This document shows positions 50,935 through 61,900 of a stretch of DNA of 64,000 bases, in pieces (position 1 is the first letter of the stretch; the number at the start of each line of letters is the position of its first letter). The stretch spans positions 74,694,610 through 74,758,609 of the forward strand of contig NC_068982.1 of NCBI RefSeq assembly GCF_001194135.2. The letters are read 5' to 3'. The position numbers and the translations under genes were made by a program. The DNA is from Octopus bimaculoides. Taxonomy: Eukaryota. The notes below the pieces were generated by a model, which was given only the letters and a program-made list of their open reading frames with translations, searched no databases and was not told where the DNA came from.

Positions 50935-52573
50935 ATTGAAGCTGGAACCCAGTTTAGTGGAGAACAAACTTCCACATGTCATATCCAGCCCAAAAAGGGA
51001 AAGAAACACAAGTTTATCAGCTTCCCAAGATGGTGTTCAGAATTTATCAATGAAAATTGAAGCCAAAATGCGTCAGCGGGAACCTATGTTCTCTGCACTG
51101 ATGAAACCTAAGGAAGGAGAACGTGATGGAAGTAATGTGAAACGAGAAGATGATGCCTCACCAGTGAAGTCCGAAGACAGTGAGAAAGAAAACTTGGCTA
51201 TGGATATGCCAGTAGACTTGAGTACAAAACCTCCATCTTCTCCAGACATTATCACTTTGTCAGACGATTCTGATGATGAAAAGAAAGCACTAAATGGTGC
51301 AAAAGAACTTACTGCTGATGAAAAACGAATGCGTAAAAAACTAGTCAAAACCCTTCAGGCTGAATTGCGCAACGAGGAAGCCAAGCTTGTGCTCTTAAAA
51401 AAACTACGCCAAAGCCAGTTGTCACACCAGTTGCAGGAACAGAGCAATGTTGTGGCCAACAATAAACAACTGTCAAACCGACAACAACAGCAACAGCAGC
51501 AGCAGCAACAACAACAACAGCAGCAACAACAGTCAGTACCTCCACCACTGGTGCGTGGCAACCACACCAACAATCAGCCCCTACAGTCTTCCAAGTCTAA
51601 TTCTTCTACACATCAATTCATGAGAGGCTCACAGCAAATGGCAGCTCAGATGAGGGCTCAGCAAATGCAACACCAACAGGGGCCGCCTCCACTTGTGATG
51701 ACACCTCGTATGCACAGCATGCAAAACATGCGCACCAACCACAATCAGATGTCTAATTCGAATAATAACTTAATGTCAGGCTTTCGTCCTATTCACACTC
51801 CACCAGTACAAAGCCAACCTCCAGCACCGCCTGCACAACCAGTTGAAACCACGGCACAGAGACAAGCTGCAGCAAAACTGGCCTTGCGCAAGCAGTTGGA
51901 GAAGACCCTTCTGCAAATCCCTCCACCCAAACCACCACCTCCTGAAATGAACTTTATACCTAGCCTTGCCAGCAATGAGTTTATAATGCTGCTTGGCCTT
52001 GAGGAGGTTGTCAACTACATTGTTGATTCTGATTTGATAGCAAGGGGAGAGAAGAATTTGGATCACAAGATGATTTGTAACCCGTTCAGTTGTGTACAAT
52101 GTAACACTGATTTTACTCCGGTCTGGAAACGAGAAAAGCCTGGCTCAAAGAACGTCATTTGTGAACAGTGTGTGACGTCCAACCAGAAGAAAGCTTTGAA
52201 GCAGGAACACACCAACCGTCTAAAGAGTGCATTTGTGAAGGCTCTACAACAAGAGCAGGAGATCGAGCGAATGCAGTCGCAAGGCATAAACATGCCAACT
52301 ACGGTGGCTAATAATCTAAATATGGGGACCACAGCACCCATGAATCTCACAAATTCTTACAATAAACCAACCACCGACCATTTCAGACATCACCAAACAT
52401 TGATGCATGCCCACCAGATGCAGCGACCAAATCAGCCTATTGGCTTGCAGCCATTTACTGCACGTGGACCATTCCATTATCAGTTACCTTTCACAAAACC
52501 TGACCTTCATCGGCAATATTTGCTTGACTTGATCCCACCTAGACCCAGAGGTACTATGCCATGGAAATCTTAA
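50935..52573 (+). CDS. GATAD2: GATAD2/p66 (transcriptional repressor p66, NuRD subunit; simjang-like) large terminal coding exon
   Basis: A long polypyrimidine tract and cAG end at 50934. The exon encodes CR1 ([22 protein letters not shown]), CR2 ([33 protein letters not shown]...GLEEVV), a GATA-type finger (CVQC-x19-CEQC) and [29 protein letters not shown]. Stop TAA ends at 52573. The three exons total 2133 nt = 710 aa + stop. Confidence 0.96.
51482..51532 (+). repeat. CAA/CAG repeat encoding Q17
   Basis: 17 interrupted CAA/CAG codons counted. Confidence 0.97.
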
Positions 52574-52588
52574 AAACAAGAGTGTGTG

Positions 52589-52591
<3 letters not shown>

Positions 52592-52672
<81 letters not shown>
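52592..52672. repeat. (TA)~40 starting 19 nt after the stop codon
   Basis: Seen directly. Confidence 0.98.
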
Positions 52673-52678
<6 letters not shown>

Positions 52679-52691
52679 GTAATAATACACT

Positions 52692-52697
52692 AATAAA
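52692..52697 (+). terminator. Candidate proximal poly(A) signal
   Basis: First AATAAA after the stop; many others follow. Confidence 0.2.
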
Positions 52698-55392
52698 CAA
52701 TATGATTGGCTAACAAAGCAGGCAAGCATTTTTTTTTTTCTTTTTAAGTCTTATCTCTCACCCTTTCTCTGTCACTCTTTATTTTTATATTCCTCCCTCT
52801 GCATGTTCGTGTGTGTATATATATATATATATGCATATATATATATATATTCGGAACAAGCAAAATAAGATAAAATTAAAATAAATGGGGCATATTAACC
52901 AAAATTTAGACAATCAACAATCAATGAAAGAAATGCTAATATTTGTTGTGCCAATTACATTGACCAAAAGAATAAGTTCGTTAAAAGTAAGATTAAAACT
53001 AAATTAGTTAGTAGAGTTGTCATTTCATAGATTTAAAGAAGAAAAAAAAATTATGTACATACACAAACACACATACATATACAGATATATGCATATATTC
53101 ACTTCTCTCTGTACATCAATGTGTGCTGGGTATACACAGAATGATGCTTGTGCCAACTGGGAACTTTAATAAAAAGAAGAAAAAAAATCACTTTGTTGCT
53201 GAAAATTTGTATTTGCATGTGTGCTTGTGTTTGTATATGAGTGTGTGTGTGTTTGTATGTGTATGTGTTTTCTAGGAGCCTCTCTGTACCAGGAAACTTT
53301 CACATTCCTGTAGAATAAAGTCTTAGAGTCTAGCTTCAGAATGATCATATTGGTTTTGGATTTCAAAAGCAAAATTCTTAATTCAGCAACGATCTCTCAA
53401 ATGTTTTGCTTTACGTTAGAACTATTTCCCTAGTAACTGAGGAGACATCCCCTGCCCCAGAACACTCTCATCTCTTTCCTCTGTCACTCTTTGTCTTTGT
53501 TATTATATTTATGAAAATTTTGTATCTTCCTTTTGTACATTATTTCCCTCCTTCTTGCACTCCATCTCTGCCTGTCTCTATTCCTCCACCATTTTGCAAC
53601 TCATCTTGGAACCACTCGCTCTAATAGTAACTAGCGTAAGTTTTTGTGCAGAGGGTATATTAAAGCTGGTATATATGTGTGTGTGTGCATGTGCACTTAT
53701 CTTTTGAGAAAAAAAAAATATATATATATAATATATATATGTTTTAAACAACCAAACTGTATTAATTTTCTTATACTTTAATCATATACATTGGATTTTG
53801 TACCCCTGTGTTCAAGTGTTATTTTGTTTCTTTTCACCCTGACAGGATCTTGTCTTTTACATTTCTATAAAACACTAGAAAATTAGACTTTAGTTTGTAA
53901 AGCAGCCACTGGCTAAGAGTTCCAATGTGAAAGTCTTGTAGCTTCTTGTGGTTGTTGAATTTGTTTCTCTGCCCACAGTGGTTTACAATTTAATATTTAT
54001 TTTGTTTGGGTTTTTTTCCCCACTATGTTAGTGTAGGTTGAATAGTTTCTACAAATTTACACATTTGCATGTTGTTGAAGCAAGTGGGTTTATATATATA
54101 TATATTTATATATATTAAAAACTGGATGCCTCTCTTACTGTCAATTACTCAGCTGTGAAATGGCACATTTTCCTTTTTTCAGCCAAGCAACCCAAGCCAA
54201 ACCAAACTAATGTGGTCCAGTAATGATCTAGAACCCACTTCTGTTTTCTTTTTCAAATATTGTAAGAAAATATAACAAATATATTATTGGGCTTTGGAGT
54301 TGCTTTTTCTCTTTCTTGCTGTCAAGAAGTTGGCTGTTGTACTTTTCTAGTGTAACACCGTACTGAGCATTAACAAACCACACCTGTTTAGACTTTTGTG
54401 GATAAGTTTGGAGTATTGTTTAAGTCAGTTGCTAGATAGAAGGAATTTTAAAAATAACACTTGGCAGAGCTACATCATGTTAATCCATTAGAACTTTTCA
54501 CTATTAAACCACATTATCTTTTTTTTTATTAAAGATTGCTTCAGGAACAAACTCAGCAGGTTGAGCATTTTTTTAAAGTCTTGTGTGAAATGACATAGCT
54601 CCTGTTAGTTTTTTTTTTTTTGATATCTTCAAGCTTAAGCAAAGGTTCCAAGATTAAAAACAACAAATAAAATTTAATAAACATTTACAGATATATCATC
54701 AAACTATAAGGTCTCATATCTGAAGTGATATCGTTTTCTACCATCGATATTTTTGGATTTGACGGAGTACAAAAGCAAAAATACATGTTGAATTGTATTT
54801 TTGAGTCATTATAATAATAATAATAATAATAATAGGTTATTGTTTATTTCTTATATTTTCTTTTACTTCATATACTGCCAAGACTTGTGGTTCCATTATA
54901 TACTGCAAGCATTTGCACTGCACAAACCATGCCATTTTTATAATGTGTCCTGTTTCGGTTAATTCTTCAATAGCTTCTCTTTCTACAAAAAAAAAGAAAA
55001 TAAATAAATGTAAATATAGTTTTAGTTCTGTCATTTCTGCAACAGATGAAAGACACCTCTTCCCATGTGGTACACAGTGTGGTGGTAATTAAAATTGTTT
55101 TATTCCCCACCTCCTTTTTTTAATGTCAGCTTAGAAATAAACATTGAAAGTATTTCCTCATCCATAATCGCTTGAGGTCCTAAAATGAAGGAATGGGGGG
55201 ACCCACACAAGGAAAGAAAATGTCTTAAGTTCTCCTCTCCACTTACCTGAGGCACAAATAGGAAGCAAAACTTATGCATGATACACACACACACACACAG
55301 ACACACACACACACACATATATATACACACACCTGAGCCAATGAAGGATTTTTATATATGCATGTGTATGTTTGTGTGTGTGTGTACATATG

Positions 55393-55446
<54 letters not shown>

Positions 55447-56894
55447 CATATATATACACATACATGTATACATTTATATGAGCCACTGAAGGATATTTAT
55501 ATACATGTGTGTGTGTCTGTAGATACATACTTGAACAAATGAAGGTTTTACACATGAATATGTATATGTACTTGGGTAAATGAAGGATTTATAATCGCAC
55601 ATTATGTGTGTGTGTGTGTATATATAAATATATATATATACACACACATGTCATGCAGACATGTGTTTGTGAATATATGTGTGTGTGTGTCTGTGTATAG
55701 TCCACTTGTTTGTTTTTTTTTTTTTTGACATGGTAAGCAGAAATTACTTTCTTAATGTCATGCTCACAGACACTTTTTACCTGATTCCTAGTTTAAAATA
55801 TTTCCATGAAGCACAGGTCTTTGTTTTAACTGACTGTGGATATTCTTGGGTGGTGACACTGGACTTTTCACTCCTCCATGTCTTAATTCTTTGAAATGTG
55901 TAATTCTGTTTATCAGATTCTCATAACATAGCCTGTAGATTGTCGAACTGAAGAAGAAAAAGAAGAAATGAAAATTGTGAAGTTTTTTTCCCCCCNNNNN
56001 NNNNNNNNNNNNNNNNNNNNNNNNNNNNNNNNNNNNNNNNNNNNNNNNNNNNNNNNNNNNNNNNNNNNNNNNNNNNNNNNNNNNNNAAGAAAATTGATTG
56101 AATAATTTTAAAAATGTTAAAATAAAAAATGGAAAAGTAAACCAAAATTGCTGTTGCTTTTTTTTTTCTTCTTCATCATTTTACAACAAATTTCTTTGTG
56201 TGCACATATCTGGTAAATTGTGAGGGTTTTCTTCTTTTCATTTGTAATCCAAAATTCTTATATATTTTAAATCTGATTTCTTTTTCTCTCTTTTTTAGCT
56301 AATTAAAATTTTGTTTCTTTTTCCTTCCCTAAGACCAGATATTCTGCCCCTTTTTTAAGTAGTTACATATTCTTAACTAGTAAGGATTGTCATCATCACG
56401 AGTTCAGCATATAATATTTTTGTGTGAGCATATCCTCAAATTCACATTTTGCTATCTATCTGAGGAGTAATCAATATTGCCTAATAGCATGAAACCGATG
56501 GTAACATTCTGACCAAGTTATGTGCCATAACCAGTAGCATACTGCTCAACAATGTAAAAATTGAACACTAACAGTACTTGGAGTTTCCAAGCAAGCAACA
56601 AATATGAAAATACCCAATTTCCAATCAGTAGTTAGCAGATAACTTCATACCCATGGCTTGCTAGGAAACTCTGAGTACTATATGTGAGCATTTTATGTTT
56701 ATATATTTCTCTATTTCAAAAATATTGAGGTCTACTTCATTTGTTACTTGGCTTTATATATATTTCCTCCATTTAATGTGCTATGTGGATATGGACATAC
56801 TAATGTGCACGAGTACATTTTGCAAGGTAGGTATTTTAGCAGCCAGTGACTGCCAACATGTGATGATGTACCAATGTTAATTTTTTTTTATAAA

Positions 56895-56927
<33 letters not shown>

Positions 56928-57074
56928 AATTGTTTCTTCACAGATTTGGAACATTTACATCAACTGCTGTTGGTAGAAGTCAAATTTGTATTACTGTTTC
57001 ATATTTCATTTTCTGTCACGTTGATAATTGTTAACTATTTTTTGTTCAAAGTAGCCTGCTCTTGGGTGAAATAG

Positions 57075-57200
57075 ATGAGTTGGCAGAGTCATTAGAGCAA
57101 CAGGCTGAATGATTTGTTGTATTTGTTCTGACTCTGTGCCCTGAGTTCAAATCCTGCTATGATCAGCTATCTTTTGTCTTGTCAGGGTCAATAAAAAGAA
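57075..57200 (+). mobile_element. SINE type C, partial, CpG-free
   Basis: gagttggcagagtcattag...gagttcaaatcctgc...gggtcaataaaa. Confidence 0.65.
57190..57195 (+). terminator. Candidate distal poly(A) signal inside a SINE-C copy
   Basis: AATAAA followed by CA dinucleotides and a GT-rich stretch (gttgtatgttt). It coincides with the CpG boundary. Confidence 0.25.
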
Positions 57201-57884
57201 AAACACCAATAGATGCCGTTGTATGTTTAAGAACCTGGGGCCTCGTGCTTCTTAGCTATTATGCATGCCATGCTTGCATCTATTAATACCTTATAATACA
57301 ATGTGAATTAGTATTAATGTTTTTAGGTACTGTGTGTTCAGAACCCACACACACAACTACACTGGCGAACCAGTGGTATCATGTTATGAACACATCACTT
57401 AAAGAGGTGGATATTCTCCGATGATAGAAAAACAACAGCAATCACATATTCTCTCTCTTTTTCTCTAAAACTTGGAAGATATATTTTAGTTGTGACCAAG
57501 TACTGTGTGAGTGCTATGTTGACTAGTTGGTAAAGTGACTTCTGCAACTATCCTAAGTTATAAAAGATTTTGTCTTGTCTCCAGGCACAGCCAAATCAAA
57601 TAAGTACTATGGGGAGACCGTGTTCATTATTTTTTACAGTATCACTGAAACTGGTGGGAAGAAGAGATTGAAGTATCCCTAAAAGAGAAACCCTGGTCCA
57701 TATGCAACAGCATGGACTCTACTTATGGTACCTCAGGTGGGGGATAGTAGTGTTAAACTATGCAATGGATACTTTTGAAACCAGCCTTAATCCTATGAAT
57801 TCCGAGTTGAAGTGATCTACATTAGGACTTCATCAAAATTCCATTAATCTATGTTCCAAAGAACGGCTTAATACTCATTTATTG

Positions 57885-58205
57885 CTTGCTTGTTTCAGTA
57901 GTAAGAATGTGGCCATGCTGGGGCACCACCTTGTTTTAAGTCTAATACTTATTCTTTTTTGCCCAACTGCTAAGTTACAGGGGCATAAACACTAACAACA
58001 GTTGGTCAAGCAGTGGCAAGAGACAAAGACATACATATATATGTACGATGGGCTTCTATGAGTTTCTATCTACCAAATCCACTCACAAAGGTTTTGGTCG
58101 GCCCAAGACTATAGTAGAAGACACTTGGCAAGGTGTCACATAGTGGGACTGAACCCAAAACCATGTGGTTGGGGAAGCATGCTTCTTACCACACAGCCAC
58201 GTCTG
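57885..58205 (-). mobile_element. SINE type A
   Basis: Full reverse-complement copy. Confidence 0.85.
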
Positions 58206-58549
58206 CATCTACCTTATGGCAGTTATTTTATTAAATTTTTCATTTTCAAAATTGTATTACAACAGAAATATGGTAACAAAAGGGTAGGTCATGGCAGAAT
58301 TTGAACTCAAACTATAAAGAGCCAAGACAAATACCAGAAGTGGGAGGGGGAAAGGCATCTTCAAACCAGAGCTAGTACAAACGTTTCCATGAGTGGAGTC
58401 TGCTAAAAGTACTCCTAATTGCCTATGCTGAGGCCTTGAAGGGTTTAGTTGAATAAATCCACCCCAGCACCACGTTTTCTCTCTTTTTTAAACCCAGTAC
58501 TTATTCTACCGTTTTACCAAACAGACAAACACCACATTCAGATATATAT

Positions 58550-58890
58550 ACATTCTTCTACTTGTTTCAGTCATTTGACTGTGGCTATGCTGGAACGCCA
58601 CTTTAAAGGGTTTTAGTTGAACAAATCGACCCCAAGACTTCTTACCTTTTAAGCCTAGTACTTATTTTATTGGTCCTTTTGCCAAACCGCTAAGTTATGA
58701 AGACATAAACACACACACCTAAATATGTATATATATACACAACGGCCTTCTTTTGGTTTCTGCCAAATCCACTCAAAAGGCTTTGGTCGGCCCGAAGCTA
58801 TAGTAGAAGACACTTGCCCAAGGTGCCACACAGTGCCTTTCTCCCACCAGAACCATGTGATTGAGAAGCAAGCTTCTTATCACAGCCACG
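58550..58890 (-). mobile_element. SINE type A
   Basis: Full reverse-complement copy with several CpGs kept. Confidence 0.85.
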
Positions 58891-59610
58891 CCTTCGCCTA
58901 TATGTATATATATATGACAAGCTTCCACGCAGTTTCCGTCTATCAAAGGTGCTGTGTTGTGGGACTGAACATGAAACCACGTGATTGCATAGCGGCTTCT
59001 TGACCACACAGATATATCTGTACCGATTCAGAACTAAACATTTTTTGTAAAATAATACCAAAAAGATTTTTTTTTTTTTTTTTCACAAAATTCTCGTTTC
59101 CGATGTTTAAAATATAGAAATACAAAGGATTTTTGTAAAAAGTAATAAACTGAAGGGATTGTAGTGCCTTTTCCAAAACTCCTCCGGATGGATTTTGTTT
59201 GTATTAAGGACTTAAAACCTCGTCAGTCTAATTTCTCAGGTACTAAAGAAACAGTTGGCAAGAAGTTCTACTCACAAGTATTAAATGCTACATTCTTTAT
59301 AATAAGCCAAAGACCTGAAGATTATGGAACTGATGTCTCATTGCCCACGAATGTCAGACATGGATTAAAATTAATATACAGTTATACTTTTGGGATTATT
59401 TCGAATATTTAGCGAGATAAATTCACTTTCTTTTGTATAAATGATACAAACGAAACAGGTCTAAGGGAGGCAATTCTTTACTTTATATTATTATTATTAT
59501 TATTTTCAAATTCCGCTGAGATCGACTTTGCATTTCATCCTTTTGGGGGTCGATGAAATCGACTTATCCCCTCCCGCAAAATGGCTGCCTTTTCAAAGTT
59601 TGAAGCCATT

Positions 59611-60025
59611 TTTTATCACGTGCTTTCACTGCATTTCCGAGCACAGCTCTGTGTGCCTTTGGTATGTGCTGTAGTTTGTTGTGGTGCTTGCGCGATGCCT
59701 AGTAGTGCTATTTTCTGTATGTTATATACATTTGTAAGTCCTGGTGTTTTGGTTATGTATTTGTCTGAATGTTTTTGTTTTGTTTTTAATCATACCTAAA
59801 GCATCTACTATTATAGGAAATGTTTTTAGGCTCCTCATTCGAGTTACTTCTATTTCCAGATCCTTGTATTTTAATAGCTTCTCCGTTTCTTTTAGAGATG
59901 CAATGTCATCTGTTGGTATTGATTTATCGATTAGAAGGCATTTTTTTTTCTTGGTGATCTCTGACAACTATATCCGGTCTATTAGCCTTGATCTTTCTAT
60001 CTGTGTGTATTGGTATATTCCAACG
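59611..60025 (-). mobile_element. R4/Dong-type non-LTR retrotransposon 3' fragment (restriction-like endonuclease domain)
   Basis: Minus translation WNIPIHTDRKIKANRPDIVVRDHQEKK-(fs)-CLLIDKSIPTDD...KETEKLLKYKDLEIEVTRM...PIIVDALG...NIQKIALLG, a PD..D..K-type motif, then a short 3' UTR. Confidence 0.85.
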
Positions 60026-60096
60026 TGTGGTTGCTTTGTCGTTTTCTGAGACCTTTTCTGGAGTCTGCCTATATCATCTTTTTTCTCTTTATTATT

Positions 60097-60865
60097 AGAA
60101 TCGTTAGCACGCTGGACGAAATGCTTATTTCGCCCGTTGCTACGTTCTGTGTTAAAATTCGGGGTCGACTCAGCCTTTCATCTTTTCGGGGTCGATAAAG
60201 TACTAGTTGCGTACTGGGATTGATCTAATCGACTGGCTCCCTCACCCAAAATTTCGGGCTTTATGCTTAAGAGTAGAAAAGATTATTATTATTATTAGAA
60301 TCGTTAGCACGCTGGACAAAATGCTTAGCGGTATTTCGTCCATCGCTACATTCTGAGTTCAAATTCCGCTGAGGTCGACTTTGCTTTTCATCCTTTTGGG
60401 GCCGATAGACTAAGTACCAGTGAAACACTGGGGTCGATGTAATCAACACATCCACAAATTTGAGGCCTTGTGCTTCCAGTAGAAAAGATTATTACTATTA
60501 TTAAAGCGGCGAGCAGGTAAAGTCGTTTGCACGCCGGGCAAAGTGCGTTCTGAGTTCAAATTCTGCCGCGGTCCACTTTTCTTTCGTCCTTTCTGGGTCG
60601 ATAAAATAAATACCAGTAGAGCACTGGGTTCGATGTAATCGACTTACAACCTCCCCCCGAACTTGCTGGCCTAAAATCTAAAACCATTACTATTATTATT
60701 AAGGCGGTGAGCTGGCGAAATCATCAGCACGCCGGATAAAATGCTTAGCAACATTTCTTCCGGTTTTACATTCTTGGTCTCAACTTTGTCATCCATCATT
60801 TTGGGATCGATGAAATAAGTACCACTTGAGCAATAGGGCCGATGCAATCGACTAGTCCCCTATCC
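60097..60865 (+). mobile_element. Four head-to-tail SINE type C copies (about 200-bp period) joined by (ATT)n
   Basis: Units start at about 60097, 60297, 60503 and 60701. Each has A-box-like and GTTCAAATTC B-box-like motifs. Confidence 0.9.
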
Positions 60866-60880
60866 CTTGAGGCTGTAGTA

Positions 60881-61106
60881 CAGTGGTTCCGAACCGGACC
60901 CATATAGGATTTTGTTAAAATTTGTGCTATAAATTGCTTATACTTCTCCGATACACAAAATATTTTAACAATTTTTCAATACAATTCCTAATATTTAATT
61001 ATAAATATATAATAGGATTTTTTTTAACATCGAATGGTTATAGGGGTCATCTGAGTAAATATGAATCAAGGAGAACCGTTGGTGAAGAAATGGTTGAGAA
61101 CCACTG
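60881..61106. mobile_element. hAT (Charlie-like) MITE
   Basis: TIRs CAGTGGTTCCGAACC / GGTTGAGAACCACTG. The 8-bp flanks CTGTAGTA and CAATAGTT match at 5/8 with a central TAG. Confidence 0.8.
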
Positions 61107-61179
61107 CAATAGTTGAAAGAATTATTAAGACGACTGTATTACATATCCCTAAGATATGTTTTATTTCAATATAATAAAC

Positions 61180-61533
61180 CCCCTTTTGTAAAGAGGGTAA
61201 AGACACCCTTCGGTCATGAATAACCATGGGATTGCACATAGAAAGCTTTCCTCCGAGGTACAAGTCTGGACAAGGTTGTTTATGGAAGACCAGCAGTCTC
61301 CCATGCATACCAGCTTCCCTTCTCGACGCCACCGATGTTATCTAAGGGAAAAGTAAAAGCCGATACAGCTTGGCACCAGTAATGTCGCAACTCATTCCTA
61401 CAGCTGAGTGAACTGGAGCAACGTAAAATAAAGTGTCTTGCTCAATAACACAACATACAGCCCCGTCCGGGAATCGAACTCACTACCTCATGGTTGTGAG
61501 CTCGACGTTCTACCACTGAGCAATGTGCCTTCA
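61180..61533 (-). mobile_element. SINE type D, near full length, CpG-rich
   Basis: Minus strand ttgctcagtggtag (A box), gttcgattcc (B box), CORE-like ttgagcaagacactttattttacgttgctccagttcactcagctg. Confidence 0.85.
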
Positions 61534-61582
61534 CATTTTCTTTTTTTTTTATAGAGAGTAATAAAATTGTTTAAGTGCAGGT

Positions 61583-61900
61583 ATAGCAGTATGGTTTGCA
61601 TCATCGTGGTTTCGAGTTCAGTATTGTACGATAGACTCGGGCCGCCTAGTGCCTTGTAAGTGAATGTTGTAGATGGAAATTGTATAGAAGCCCGTCGTGT
61701 ATATATGTGGGTGTTTGTATTTGTGCTTATCCCCCTCCAGGTCGCTTGACAGCCGACGTTTTTTGTTTTTTTTACGCCTCGGCTTAAGAGATGGATAGAG
61801 TGAGTATGAGACTTAAAAATTAGTACTGAGGGGAGAGGTCAATTTGTTCCATTAAACCCTTCAATACGGTACCCAGTCCACTGACTAAAGCTACTAAAAA
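61583..61900 (+). mobile_element. SINE type A, internally deleted
   Basis: Head remnant, gaagcccgtcgt and type A body. Confidence 0.7.

Larger units (their letters stand above)
52574..57210 (+). other. Probable 3' UTR of GATAD2 (end uncertain)
   Basis: Follows the stop codon, is U/A-rich, has few SINE or MITE insertions and contains several AATAAA hexamers. The true end cannot be read from sequence. Confidence 0.35.

Noticed and set aside
51073-52350. Minus-strand ORFs over the GATAD2 exon, including a poly-Cys frame (also 40989-41357)
   Set aside because: Antisense shadows of the real coding frame; the poly-Cys is the reverse of CAA/CAG.
55241-55270. Minus-strand polypyrimidine-CAG|GTAAGT, like a recursive splice site
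   Set aside because: No minus-strand gene is supported in the window, and one such 9-mer in 128 kb of both strands is near chance.
59164-59412. 82-aa plus-strand ORF
   Set aside because: Non-ATG start, no recognisable motif, and it lies among repeats.
60097-60865. CRISPR-like periodic array
   Set aside because: Units are ~200-bp SINEs homologous along their whole length, with no unique spacers or cas genes; eukaryotic context.
61460-61533. tRNA gene
   Set aside because: A and B boxes are present but continue into a SINE body, and no full cloverleaf is evident. The same applies to the other SINE heads.
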